Source of the DNA: Thermoanaerobaculia bacterium
GTDB taxonomy: Bacteria > Acidobacteriota > Thermoanaerobaculia > UBA5066
Assembly (NCBI GenBank): GCA_963816185.1
Contig: CAWFJJ010000024.1
Span: 416,001 to 480,000, forward strand
Length of the DNA stretch: 64,000 nucleotides
Reading direction: 5' to 3'
Under the pieces are notes generated by a model. It was given only the letters and a program-made list of their open reading frames with translations. It was not told the origin of the DNA and searched no databases. This document shows positions 43,244 through 53,961 of the stretch, one piece after another. Every line of letters starts with the position of its first letter. Within the stretch, counting starts at the first letter, position 1. Made by a program: the position numbers and the translations under genes.

Positions 43244-44593
43244 TTACTCGGGCTTGACATGGAATTTCAGCGAGAGGAGGAGCTTGTTGATGTCCTTCAG
43301 GCCCGCAAAATCCACGTCGAACCGTTTCTCGGCGCCGAGGGCGCCGCCGGTCCCGTCGCCGAACGAGAGCCCGACCGTCACGTGGCGGGTCTTCGCGAGA
43401 GTGTCGCGGGGGACCTGAAGATCGAAGGACTGCGCCACGTCCTTCCGGTGGTTTCGCGTCGACCCGAGGAGGTCGTCGAGCGAGACATCGGCGGCACTCT
43501 TGCTCTTCGTCTTGTGGGAGCCGCCGGGGGTCGCCGGCCGCTGCGTCGCGATCTTCCGAAGCTTCTCGAGCTCGGAAAGGATGTCCACGTTCGAGCGCAC
43601 GCGCACGTGTTTCACCGAGGAGTCCATGGGCACGTCGACCGGCGGAGGCTGGATCTCGGCGAAGCTCACTTCGCTGGACGTGTCCTCGGGCTGTGGAAAG
43701 TTCGCCGCATCGAACGGCGCGGTCTCCGCGGGAAGGGGAAGCGCAGGCGACGTGTCGGCCGGGAGATCCCGCGCCTCGACGTCGCGGGTCTGCTGCCGGG
43801 CAGCTTCCTGGAAGCGCTTGAGCCGCGAGATCGTGGAGTCGAAACCGTCTCCGGGTACCGCGGGAGCCGTGGCCACCGCCGACGCCGTGGCCATGGCGTC
43901 GATGGCCGCGCCGATGCCAGAGGCGGCGGCCTTCGACGACATCATCGGCTGCGGACCGGGAGTGGCCGCGGTCGCGACGACCGCGGGACGCCTTTGCTCG
44001 ACCGCCATTCGGCCTTTCAGGGAGCGAAGAGTGAGCTTCGAGATCGCCTTGAGAGTTTCGAAAACTCCGGTCCCGTTCGTGGCCGAGGCCTCGTAGAATT
44101 CCACCTCGCCTTCCGGGTTCAGGGAGCCGTTCAGCTCGTCGAGAGTCAGGATGTTCGCGAGATCGCGTTTGTTGTACTGGAAGACACGTGGAGTCGCGTC
44201 GAGGGAGACGCCGATCTCCGCCAGATTTTCGCGGAGGTTTCGAAGACTCTCGACGTTCGGATCCTTCATGGGCCGCTGCGAGTCGGCTACGAAGACGATT
44301 CCGTCCACCCCCTTGAGGACGAGCTTTCGCGTCGTGTTGTAGAAGACCTGTCCGGGTACGGTGTACAGCTGGAGACGGGTTTTGAATCCTCCGATGACGC
44401 CGACGTCCAGCGGGAGCAGGTCGAAGAACAGCGTCCGATCGGTTTCCGTCTCGAGGCAGACCATCTCCCCGCGAGACGTCGGGGCCGTCCGCCCGTAAAT
44501 CACGTGGAGATTCGTGGTTTTCCCGCAGAGACCAGGACCGTAATACACGATCTTGGCGGCCATCTGCATCGTCGCGTAGTTGAAGAAAACCAT
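43244..44593 (-). CDS. MglA-like small GTPase with a long C-terminal extension
   Basis: KIVYYGPGLCGKTTN, DRTLFFD, LYTVPGQ, QYNKRD, then about 250 extra aa. Confidence 0.9.
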   Translation of the reverse strand: MVFFNYATMQMAAKIVYYGPGLCGKTTNLHVIYGRTAPTSRGEMVCLETETDRTLFFDLLPLDVGVIGGFKTRLQLYTVPGQVFYNTTRKLVLKGVDGIVFVADSQRPMKDPNVESLRNLRENLAEIGVSLDATPRVFQYNKRDLANILTLDELNGSLNPEGEVEFYEASATNGTGVFETLKAISKLTLRSLKGRMAVEQRRPAVVATAATPGPQPMMSSKAAASGIGAAIDAMATASAVATAPAVPGDGFDSTISRLKRFQEAARQQTRDVEARDLPADTSPALPLPAETAPFDAANFPQPEDTSSEVSFAEIQPPPVDVPMDSSVKHVRVRSNVDILSELEKLRKIATQRPATPGGSHKTKSKSAADVSLDDLLGSTRNHRKDVAQSFDLQVPRDTLAKTRHVTVGLSFGDGTGGALGAEKRFDVDFAGLKDINKLLLSLKFHVKPE

Positions 44594-44601
44594 ATGAATA
44601 A

Positions 44602-44694
44602 GGCTCTACCGACCTCCCCGAGGGGCATCTGATCTTACACCCGGAGGCGACTCCCTTTGATATCATGAGGCGCTGCCGGGGAGGTCGGGGAGCC
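44602..44694. promoter_or_regulatory. Divergent promoter region bracketed by an inverted repeat
   Basis: CGACCTCCCCG / CGGGGAGGTCG plus GGCTC / GAGCC, flanking -10-like TATCAT (+) and TAAGAT (-). Confidence 0.55.
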
Positions 44695-44721
44695 GAACAA
44701 GGGCGGAGGCCTTGCGCCGCG

Positions 44722-45780
44722 ATGACTAACGATTACAAGGGTTTGGACGCGAGGTCTCGCGAGGTTCTCGCCTCGGTGATCATCGCGTACATCGAGAGCG
44801 CCGTCCCCGTGTCGTCACGCCAGCTGACGAAGGGGGGGAAGTTCGGCCTTTCGTCCGCGTCGTTGCGCAACGCAATGGCGGATCTCGAGGATCTCGGCTT
44901 TCTCACGCATCCCCACGTCTCGGCCGGACGCGTGCCGACCGATCTGGGGTACCGGGCGTTCGTCCGCGATCTGCTGCCGGCGCAAGCGCCCAGCGAGACG
45001 GACCGCGCCCGGATCGCCGACGAGCTCTCGCCGGAGCCATTCGAGACGGAGCTCTTCCTGAAGGCCACGTCGGGTGTTCTCTGCCGTCTGACGGGCGAGG
45101 TGGGCGTCGTGACGGCTCCCGCCTCGATGAGCTTCGTCCTCGAGTCCGTGCACTTCACGCGTGTGGCCGATCGCAAGCTCGTCGTGGCCGAAGTCTCCGA
45201 CACGGGATTCGTGGAGAGCCGCCTGATCGAGACCCGGGAGGACTTCTCGCAGGCGGAGCTGGACGCCATCTCGAACCGGCTGACGATCGACTTCGCCGGA
45301 AAGAGCCTCGACGAAATCCGGGTCCTCCTCCTCGTCTCGCTGGGAGAAGAGAAGGTGCGCATGGATGGCGCGCTCGCGCGCGCCCTCGAGCTCGGGCGCC
45401 GGGCCTTCGCCGAGACGCGTTTGCAGGATGAACCCGTCTACATGGAGGGGACCGAGTCGCTGCTCGCCAAGCCCGAGTTCCGGAACGACCTCGAGGCCCT
45501 TCGGCGAATGTTCCATGCCCTCGAGGAGAAGGCCCGGCTCGTGAACCTCTTGACGGACTGCATCACGTCCGACTCTCTCGCGGTCGTCATCGGCTCCGAG
45601 AGTCCGTTCACGGACGAGACCGGCAGCGCCGTCGTCTCCGCGCCATACCGACGTGGAGACCGCGTCATCGGGGCGCTCGGCGTGATCGGGCCGCGCCGGA
45701 TGAAGTACGCGCGCGTCGTGCCGCTCGTGAACGAGCTTTCGCGTTACGTGAGCCGCCGGCTCACGGAAGGAGCGGCATGA
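44722..45780 (+). CDS. hrcA: Heat-inducible transcription repressor
   Basis: PVSSR.L, SSASLRNAMADLE..G, PHVSAGRVPT..GYR, GVIGPRRM.Y. Confidence 0.95.
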   Translation: MTNDYKGLDARSREVLASVIIAYIESAVPVSSRQLTKGGKFGLSSASLRNAMADLEDLGFLTHPHVSAGRVPTDLGYRAFVRDLLPAQAPSETDRARIADELSPEPFETELFLKATSGVLCRLTGEVGVVTAPASMSFVLESVHFTRVADRKLVVAEVSDTGFVESRLIETREDFSQAELDAISNRLTIDFAGKSLDEIRVLLLVSLGEEKVRMDGALARALELGRRAFAETRLQDEPVYMEGTESLLAKPEFRNDLEALRRMFHALEEKARLVNLLTDCITSDSLAVVIGSESPFTDETGSAVVSAPYRRGDRVIGALGVIGPRRMKYARVVPLVNELSRYVSRRLTEGAA

Positions 45781-46511
45781 GCGGCCCGAGAAAGCCGCGC
45801 CGCGAGGACGACGAAATCATCTTCCTCGAGACCGAGAGCCGCAGCGACGTCGCCCGCGCGCTCGCCGAGGCCGAGCGCGCCGTCGAGGCCGTCGAGGAGA
45901 AGCACCGCAAGAGCGAAGCCGCGCGGCCGGTCGCCGTCGCGGCGCCGGAGCCTGCGCCCCAGCCCGCGCCGGTGCGGCCGGAGCCGCCCGCGCCCGATCC
46001 GCGCCTCGCCGTGCTCGAGGATCAGCTTGCGAAGGAGCGCGAGCGCGCGATTCGCGCCGAGGAGGACTCGGGCCGCGTCCGCGAGGCGCTGCTCCGGAAG
46101 TCAGCGGATTTCGACAACCTGAAGCGTCGGACCGAGAAGGACAAGGCCGAGTATTTTCGGTTCGCGCTCGCCGAGGCGTTCGCCGATATCCTCGCGGTCG
46201 TCGACAACTTCGAACGCGCGCTCGCGCATCGCCCCGACGCCACGGGAGACGAATTTCACGCGGGCATCGACATGATCGCGAAGCAGCTGGCCGATACGCT
46301 CAAGAAGTACGGCCTCGCGGAGGTGCCGGCCTCGGGGCTTCCGTTCGACCCGAACGTTCACGAAGCCGTCGTGCGCGAAGAGACGGAATCCGTCGCGCCG
46401 GGCACGGTGCTCGAGGTGCTCCAGAAGGGGTACGTTCTCAACGACCGGCTCCTCAGGCCCGCGCGCGTGAAGGTCGCGGCGCCCCGGGCTTTCGGAGACG
46501 TCAAGGCATGA
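45777..46511 (+). CDS. grpE: Nucleotide exchange factor GrpE
   Basis: ADFDNLKRR, VVDNFERAL, FDPNVHEAV, QKGY.LNDRLLRPARV. Confidence 0.95.
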   Translation: MSGPRKPRREDDEIIFLETESRSDVARALAEAERAVEAVEEKHRKSEAARPVAVAAPEPAPQPAPVRPEPPAPDPRLAVLEDQLAKERERAIRAEEDSGRVREALLRKSADFDNLKRRTEKDKAEYFRFALAEAFADILAVVDNFERALAHRPDATGDEFHAGIDMIAKQLADTLKKYGLAEVPASGLPFDPNVHEAVVREETESVAPGTVLEVLQKGYVLNDRLLRPARVKVAAPRAFGDVKA

Positions 46512-46526
46512 GCCAGGAGGCCGCAC

Positions 46527-48377
<1,851 letters not shown>

Positions 48378-48400
48378 TTCCCGCGCCGTAGCAACCTGCC

Positions 48401-49522
48401 GTGAGTACATCCCTTCGCGACTACTACGAAGTGCTCGGTGTGGGGCGAACCGCCTCGACCGAAGAGATCAAGTCCGCCTATCGCAAGGCGGCGCTGAAGC
48501 ACCATCCTGACAAGAACCCCGAGGACAAGAGCGCGGAAGAGAAGTTCAAGGCGGCGGCCGAAGCCTACTCCGTGCTTTCGGACCCCGAAAAGCGCGAGCG
48601 GTACGACCGCTTCGGGCACGAGGGCGTGAGGGGCGTGGGCGGGCCGGGCTTCGACCCGACTCAGTTCGTCGACTTCGCCGACATTCTCGGCGACCTGTTC
48701 GGCTTCGCCTCGGGTGGAGATGCGCGCGGAAGCCGGCGTAACGGAGAAGATCAGAAGGCCGAAGTGACGCTGTCTTTCGAGACGGCCGCCTTCGGCTCGG
48801 AAGTCTCGCTTCCGATCCATCGCTACGAGCGCTGCGATGCGTGCCAGGGACGCGGGGGCCGCGGCGGAGCCGCTCCCGTCACGTGCTCGACCTGCCGGGG
48901 TCAGGGCCGAGTCCAGTACCGGCAGGGTTTCTTCGCCCTCGCAAGGCCATGTCCCGACTGTGAGGGCGCGGGCGAGCGCGTGAAGGACCCGTGTCCCGAG
49001 TGTCGCGGCGACGGCCGCACGCGCCGCGCGCGAACGCTCACCGTGGCAATTCCCCCCGGCGTCGACGAGGGCGCGCGGCTGCGGCTGGCGGGAGAGGGGA
49101 ACGCGGGCCGGCGGGGCGGACGTCCCGGAGATCTCTACGTCTTCGTGTCCGTCGCGCCGCACGAGCAGTTCCGGCGCGACGGCTTCGACGTGGTTCTCAC
49201 GTGGGCCGTCCCGTTCCACCTCGCGGCGCTGGGCGGGACGCTGCGCGTCCCGACGCTCCACGGAGACGCGAGCTTCGACGTGCCGCCCGGCACGGCCGCG
49301 GGGCGCGTGTTCACGCTCAAGGGCAAGGGCATTCCGCGCCTCGACGGCCGCGGGAAGGGCGACCAGCACGTCCTCCTGACCGTGCGCGTACCGAAGAAGA
49401 TGAACGCCGCGCAGCGTGAGGCGATGGAGAAGCTCGCGGACGCGTTCGGGTCGGACTCGGGGTCGCCGACGAAGGACGAGAGGGGATTCTTCGATAGGGT
49501 GAAGGACTTCCTGGGGTCGTAG
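48401..49522 (+). CDS. dnaJ: Chaperone DnaJ
   Basis: DYYEVLG, HPD, four CxxCxGxG motifs. Confidence 0.95.
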   Translation: MSTSLRDYYEVLGVGRTASTEEIKSAYRKAALKHHPDKNPEDKSAEEKFKAAAEAYSVLSDPEKRERYDRFGHEGVRGVGGPGFDPTQFVDFADILGDLFGFASGGDARGSRRNGEDQKAEVTLSFETAAFGSEVSLPIHRYERCDACQGRGGRGGAAPVTCSTCRGQGRVQYRQGFFALARPCPDCEGAGERVKDPCPECRGDGRTRRARTLTVAIPPGVDEGARLRLAGEGNAGRRGGRPGDLYVFVSVAPHEQFRRDGFDVVLTWAVPFHLAALGGTLRVPTLHGDASFDVPPGTAAGRVFTLKGKGIPRLDGRGKGDQHVLLTVRVPKKMNAAQREAMEKLADAFGSDSGSPTKDERGFFDRVKDFLGS

Positions 49523-49562
49523 CGCGTTGCCTGCTGGCGTCCCGGCTTGTGTTGCGGCGTCT

Positions 49563-49573
49563 CTTCTTAGAAG
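49563..49573 (+). repeat. Dispersed motif copy overlapping the prmA ribosome-binding site
   Basis: CTTCTTAGAAG followed by GTGAATATG. Confidence 0.8.
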
Positions 49574-49579
49574 GTGAAT

Positions 49580-50428
49580 ATGGCCGAGGCGAAGGTGGGC
49601 GCCGCACGCATCGAGATTCCGGCGGCCCAGCGAGGGTCATTCGAAGAAATGCTCTTCGAAGGAATGGGCGAGCTCCAGTTCTCCTCGACCGTAGCGCCGG
49701 ATGGGCGGCTCCTCCTCTGGGTGAACTCGTCGGACGCGGCGACCGCGCTGGCGCAACTCGCCGCACTCGGCGCTCGCGGCCTTTCCACTTTCGAAGAAGA
49801 ATCCACCGACTGGGTCGCCGAGTCCGCGGCCTTGAGGAAAGCCGTTTTCGTCGACCGCTATCTCTTCGACCCGCACGAAGGGTCGCTCGCCACCGTCCCA
49901 CCTCCCGGCGTTCGCAGGCTCTTTCTTCCCGCGGTCCGCGCTTTCGGGACCGGCTCGCACGAGTCCACGCGGCTCGCCGTGCGACTCCTTCTCTCGGAGG
50001 ACCTGCGCGGCACGCGCGTCCTCGACGTCGGCTGCGGCACCGGGACGCTGGCATTCGTGGCGGCGCTGGAAGGCGCGCGCCACGTCGTGGCCTTCGATGT
50101 GGACCCTGATGCCGCTTTCGCGACACGCGAGCAGGCGCGCGCGAACGGGATTCCGCGGGTGTCGGCGTTCGCCGGTCCCCTCGACGCGGTCCCGAACGGC
50201 GCCCGATTCGACGTCGTCGTCGCGAACATGATCCACGAGGAGATCGAACCTCTCCTCCCCGCGCTCCGTGTCCACCTCGCACGCGCGGGTCGGCTTCTTT
50301 GCTCCGGGCAGCTCGGCGAGCGGAGAGGGGAGTGGGAGGATTTGCTTCGCAAAGAAGGCTTCCGGCAGATTCGCTCCATTCAGGAGAACGAATGGCTTGG
50401 GAGTGCGTGGGTTTCTTCGAATGAGTGA
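49580..50428 (+). CDS. prmA: Ribosomal protein L11 methyltransferase
   Basis: AFGTGSHESTR, VLDVGCGTG, FDVVVAN; position after dnaJ. Confidence 0.9.
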   Translation: MAEAKVGAARIEIPAAQRGSFEEMLFEGMGELQFSSTVAPDGRLLLWVNSSDAATALAQLAALGARGLSTFEEESTDWVAESAALRKAVFVDRYLFDPHEGSLATVPPPGVRRLFLPAVRAFGTGSHESTRLAVRLLLSEDLRGTRVLDVGCGTGTLAFVAALEGARHVVAFDVDPDAAFATREQARANGIPRVSAFAGPLDAVPNGARFDVVVANMIHEEIEPLLPALRVHLARAGRLLCSGQLGERRGEWEDLLRKEGFRQIRSIQENEWLGSAWVSSNE

Positions 50429-51344
50429 GAACGCCCCCTCGCGTCCGCCGCGCGTCTACGTGCCCGATCTGGCGGAGCAGCGGGTGGAGTCCGAAGAGAG
50501 ACCGGAGAAAGAGATTTCTCTTAGAAAGGAAGAAAGAGACCACGTTCGCTCGAGGAGGCTGAGGGATGGCGACGAGGTCATCGCGCTCGACGGAAAGGGC
50601 GCCAGGGCGCTGGCCGTGCTCGCGAAGGGCGGCAGTGCCATCGCCCTCTTACCTTCTAAGAAGATCTTGTCTCCCTCTTCCTCCTCGTCCTCGGCCGCGG
50701 CCTCATCTCACTCATCACACCTGCCCGGCGAGCCCGCGAACCGCGTGATTGTCGCCCTCGCGTGCGCGGAGCCGGCGCGAATCGAATGGGCCATCGAGAA
50801 GGGCACCGAGTGCGGCGCGGTGGGCTTCGTCCTCCTCGCGTGCGAGCGCTCGCAGAAGGGCCACGTAGCGGCGCTCTCGTCGCCCGCCCGTCTCGAACGC
50901 CTGCGCCGGATCGCCGTCGAGGCGACGAAGCAGTGCGACCGGACGATCGTACCTTTCGTGGAGGGTCCGAAGAGCCCGGAAGAGTTTCTTAGAAGCGGAA
51001 GAGAGATGGGCTCTTTCCGCCTCCTAGTCGCAGACCCTTCGGGAACCGCGATCGAGAACTGGCCGGTGCCCTCTCGACGCACGCGCGTGCTGTCTGAGCG
51101 AAGCGAGTTCACGCGCGAAGGAGAGGGGGCTCCGGCCGGACGAGATCGCCAAACATCGGGTCCCGGGCCGCTCCTCGGCGCGGAAGAGACTGTGATCGCT
51201 ATAGGCCCAGAGGGCGGGTTCACTCCGGCTGAAATACTCCTATTCGAAGAAAAAGGCGCTCTTCGGACCTCACTCGGCGCACGCGTCCTCCGCCTGGAGA
51301 CGGCCGTGGTCGTGGCGCTCGCTCGGTTGGTCGATCCCCTTTGA
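50421..51344 (+). CDS. rsmE: 16S rRNA m3U1498 methyltransferase (with insertions)
   Basis: EK.TE.G, EATKQC.R, IGPEGGF, LGARVLRLETA. Confidence 0.92.
   Translation: MSENAPSRPPRVYVPDLAEQRVESEERPEKEISLRKEERDHVRSRRLRDGDEVIALDGKGARALAVLAKGGSAIALLPSKKILSPSSSSSSAAASSHSSHLPGEPANRVIVALACAEPARIEWAIEKGTECGAVGFVLLACERSQKGHVAALSSPARLERLRRIAVEATKQCDRTIVPFVEGPKSPEEFLRSGREMGSFRLLVADPSGTAIENWPVPSRRTRVLSERSEFTREGEGAPAGRDRQTSGPGPLLGAEETVIAIGPEGGFTPAEILLFEEKGALRTSLGARVLRLETAVVVALARLVDPL
50511..50995. repeat. Three dispersed-motif copies inside rsmE
   Basis: GAGATTTCTCTTAGAAAGG (50511-), CTTCTAAGAAGATCT (50653-), TTCTTAGAAG (50986-50995). Confidence 0.8.
51061..51137. repeat. Palindromic element inserted in frame in rsmE
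   Basis: GGCCGG..CCCTCTC..CGCGCGTG / CACGCGCG..GAGAGGG..CCGGCC nested inverted repeats around GAGCGAAGCGAG. Confidence 0.65.
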
Positions 51345-51408
51345 ATCCGTTCCCGATCACACGACTTGTTTCGGTTAGGATTCCGACAGAGCGGCGACGG
51401 AGGGCTTC

Positions 51409-52356
51409 ATGAGCTTCGAAGACGTCAAGAAGGTCTGGATGAACGGGAAGATGGTGGACTTCGCCGACGCGAAGATCTCCATCTTCACGCACGCCCTTCA
51501 CTACGGATCCGGCGTCTTCGAGGGGGAGCGCTGCTACGACACGGCCCGCGGATCGGCGATCTTCCGGCTCGAGGAGCATCTCGACCGGCTCTTCTGGTCC
51601 GCGAAGATCTATCGCATGGTCATCCCGTACACGCTCGACGAGCTCCGCGAGGCGACGCTCGAGGTCGTACGCGCGAACGGATTCAAGGCCTGCTATATCC
51701 GTCCGCTCGTCTATCGCGGGTACGGCTCGCTCGGAGTCAATCCGTTCCCGAATCCGGTGGACGTCGCGATCGGGTGCTATCCGTGGGGCAAGTACCTCGG
51801 CGCGGACGCGATCGAGCAGGGCGTCGACGTCTGCTGCTCGTCCTGGATGCGCATCGCACCGAACACGATGCCGGCGATGGCGAAGGCCACGGCGAACTAC
51901 GCGAACAGCCAGCTCATCAAGATGGAGGCCATCACGAACGGCTACCACGAGGGGATCGCGATGGACCACAACGGGCGCATCTCCGAAGGGTCCGGCGAGA
52001 ATCTCTTCCTCGTGTGGAAAGGCCGCCTCTACACGCCGCCTCTTTCGGCCTCGACGCTCCCGGGCATCACGCGCCTCTCGGTCATCCAGCTCGCCCGCGA
52101 GCTCGATTTCCAGATGGAAGAGAAGACGATTCCGCGCGAGATGATTTACGCGGCCGACGAGATGTTCTTCACGGGCACGGCCGCTGAAATCACCCCGATC
52201 CGCTCCGTAGACCGGATCCCGGTCGGAAACGGCAAGCGCGGCCCCATGACGGAGGCCCTGCAGAAGGCCTTCTTCGACATCGTCGAGGGCAAGGTCGACG
52301 ACCGCTACGGCTGGCTGACGCCGGTGCAAGCGCCGGTGGCGGCGGGCGTGCGGTAG
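51409..52356 (+). CDS. ilvE: Branched-chain amino acid aminotransferase
   Basis: HALHYG.GVFEG, YIRP, AKATANY, EGSGENLF, LPGITR, TGTAAEITP. Confidence 0.96.
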   Translation: MSFEDVKKVWMNGKMVDFADAKISIFTHALHYGSGVFEGERCYDTARGSAIFRLEEHLDRLFWSAKIYRMVIPYTLDELREATLEVVRANGFKACYIRPLVYRGYGSLGVNPFPNPVDVAIGCYPWGKYLGADAIEQGVDVCCSSWMRIAPNTMPAMAKATANYANSQLIKMEAITNGYHEGIAMDHNGRISEGSGENLFLVWKGRLYTPPLSASTLPGITRLSVIQLARELDFQMEEKTIPREMIYAADEMFFTGTAAEITPIRSVDRIPVGNGKRGPMTEALQKAFFDIVEGKVDDRYGWLTPVQAPVAAGVR

Positions 52357-52368
52357 CCCGAGGCAACG

Positions 52369-53157
52369 TCAGAGCGCGCCCTGAGGCTTGCGCCGGGTCG
52401 CAATCAGCTCGGCCATGATCGCGATCGCGATCTCCTCGGGGGACTCCGCTCCGATCTCGAGGCCGACGGGGCACTGCGCGCGATTCAGCTCGGCCTCGGT
52501 GAAGCCCTCGGCGCGTAGCTCGTCGAAAAGGGCCTTTCGCTTCGCCTTGCTGCCGATCATCCCCAGGTACGCGAGCGGGACCCCGCGCAGGCGCCGGAAC
52601 GCCCGTCCGTCCGTCACGTGGCCGCGCGAGACGAGGGCGACCGAATCGCGCGGAGCGGGAACGGGCAGATCCGAGTAGTCGTCCTTCACCTGTACGAGCC
52701 GCACTCCCGCGGGGAATGCCCGCGGTTCGAGCTGCTGGGACCTTTCATCGGCCACCGTCACGTCCCAACCCGTGAAGGAGGCGGCGCGCGCAAGAGCGCG
52801 GCCGCAGTGGCCGGCGCCGACGACGAGGAGATGCGGCGCGCGCTCGACGATCTCGAGAAGAACGGTTGCGGTCCCGCCGCAGACCGCGCCGAAGGAGTTC
52901 TCTCCCGTCGGCACGAAGTTGTAGTCACGGGTGAAAGGGAGCCCGTGGGAGTCGAGGAGCTTTCGCGCGTCGGCGACGACGAGCGACTCGAACTTCCCGC
53001 CGCCGATCGTCCCAACGGTCGAGCCGTCCGGGAGGACGAGCATGCGGGCCGTGGTTTCGCGTGGGGTGGATCCGACGGCGGAGACGACCGTCGCCATCGC
53101 GAGGCGCCCATGCAGCTCGAGAAGTTGCGGAAGTTCGTTGAAGATTCGATGACTCAT
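52369..53157 (-). CDS. xdhC: XdhC/CoxI family molybdoenzyme maturation factor
   Basis: GSTPR, GTIGGG, CGG, VGAGH, YLGMIGS, PVGLEIGAESPEEIAI. Confidence 0.92.
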   Translation of the reverse strand: MSHRIFNELPQLLELHGRLAMATVVSAVGSTPRETTARMLVLPDGSTVGTIGGGKFESLVVADARKLLDSHGLPFTRDYNFVPTGENSFGAVCGGTATVLLEIVERAPHLLVVGAGHCGRALARAASFTGWDVTVADERSQQLEPRAFPAGVRLVQVKDDYSDLPVPAPRDSVALVSRGHVTDGRAFRRLRGVPLAYLGMIGSKAKRKALFDELRAEGFTEAELNRAQCPVGLEIGAESPEEIAIAIMAELIATRRKPQGAL

Positions 53158-53180
53158 AAAGAGAAAGATGAATAAGGAGC

Positions 53181-53935
53181 TTAGAAGGAGGGAGAGCGAG
53201 GGCGTCGTAGGCCCTCAACCAAATCGTCAGGACGATCGACGTCCCGGAGGATCGACTCGTCGAACCCTTCGAGGCAGTGGACCGTGACGTCCGGCTCGTC
53301 GAAGATCTGGTTGAGCCGTGCGGAGTCGGGCCACGAGAGGAGACGCGAGCGCAGTGCCGCGGGAATCAGGAGCGGGTGGCCGCGGCGCCCCGCGTGCGTG
53401 GGGACGACGAGGCTCGACCCTCCCGCGTCGAGTGCCGCCGCCGCTGAAAGTATGGTTCGAAGAGATTCTCTGCTTAGAAAGGGAAGATCGGCGGGGGAGA
53501 TCGCGACGTGCGTCGAGTGGGCGGCCGTCGCGGCCAGGCCCGCTTTCACAGAGGAAAACATTCCCACCTCCCAGCGGGGATTCTGGACGAACCGGGGAGT
53601 GAGCGGCCGAGAGGGCGTTGTCAAGGGTCTTCGACCGCTGCGCGGCGCGCGGAGCGCGCCCTTGACAACGCCCTTTCGGCCACCAGGTTTTCCTATATCG
53701 GCGGCTGCATCAGCAGCCGCCGCATATGAGAAATCTCCGATTTTCTCTTGGATCTCTTCTGCATCCTTCCCAAGAACCACGAGCAGCTCGTCGAACCCGG
53801 ATGCGAGCCATGTCTCCAGCACCCTCCGAAGCAAAGGCTTTCTGTCCTTGCCCATCGGGGCGAGCATCTTCGAAGATCCGAAGCGCGTCGAGGCACCGGC
53901 CGCGAGAAGGACTCCGGAGACGAACAGCTCGATCT
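53181..53935 (-). CDS. mocA: Molybdenum cofactor cytidylyltransferase (MocA-like NTP transferase); start uncertain
   Basis: Frame extends upstream of ATG 53867 to include VSGVLLAAGASTRFGSSK; NPRW..GMFSS, ADLP, GHP, DVDRPDD. Confidence 0.85.
53605..53681. repeat. Y-shaped palindromic element inserted in frame in mocA
   Basis: 23-bp arms GGCCGAGAGGGCGTTGTCAAGGG / CCCTTGACAACGCCCTTTCGGCC (one mismatch) enclosing two mini-hairpins. Confidence 0.85.
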
Positions 53936-53961
53936 CGCTCTTCTCGGCCGCCTGCCGTCCG

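Noticed and set aside
44602-44694. SRP or 6S RNA in the mglA-hrcA spacer
   Set aside because: No SRP domain IV signature and too short for 6S; kept only as a regulatory inverted repeat.
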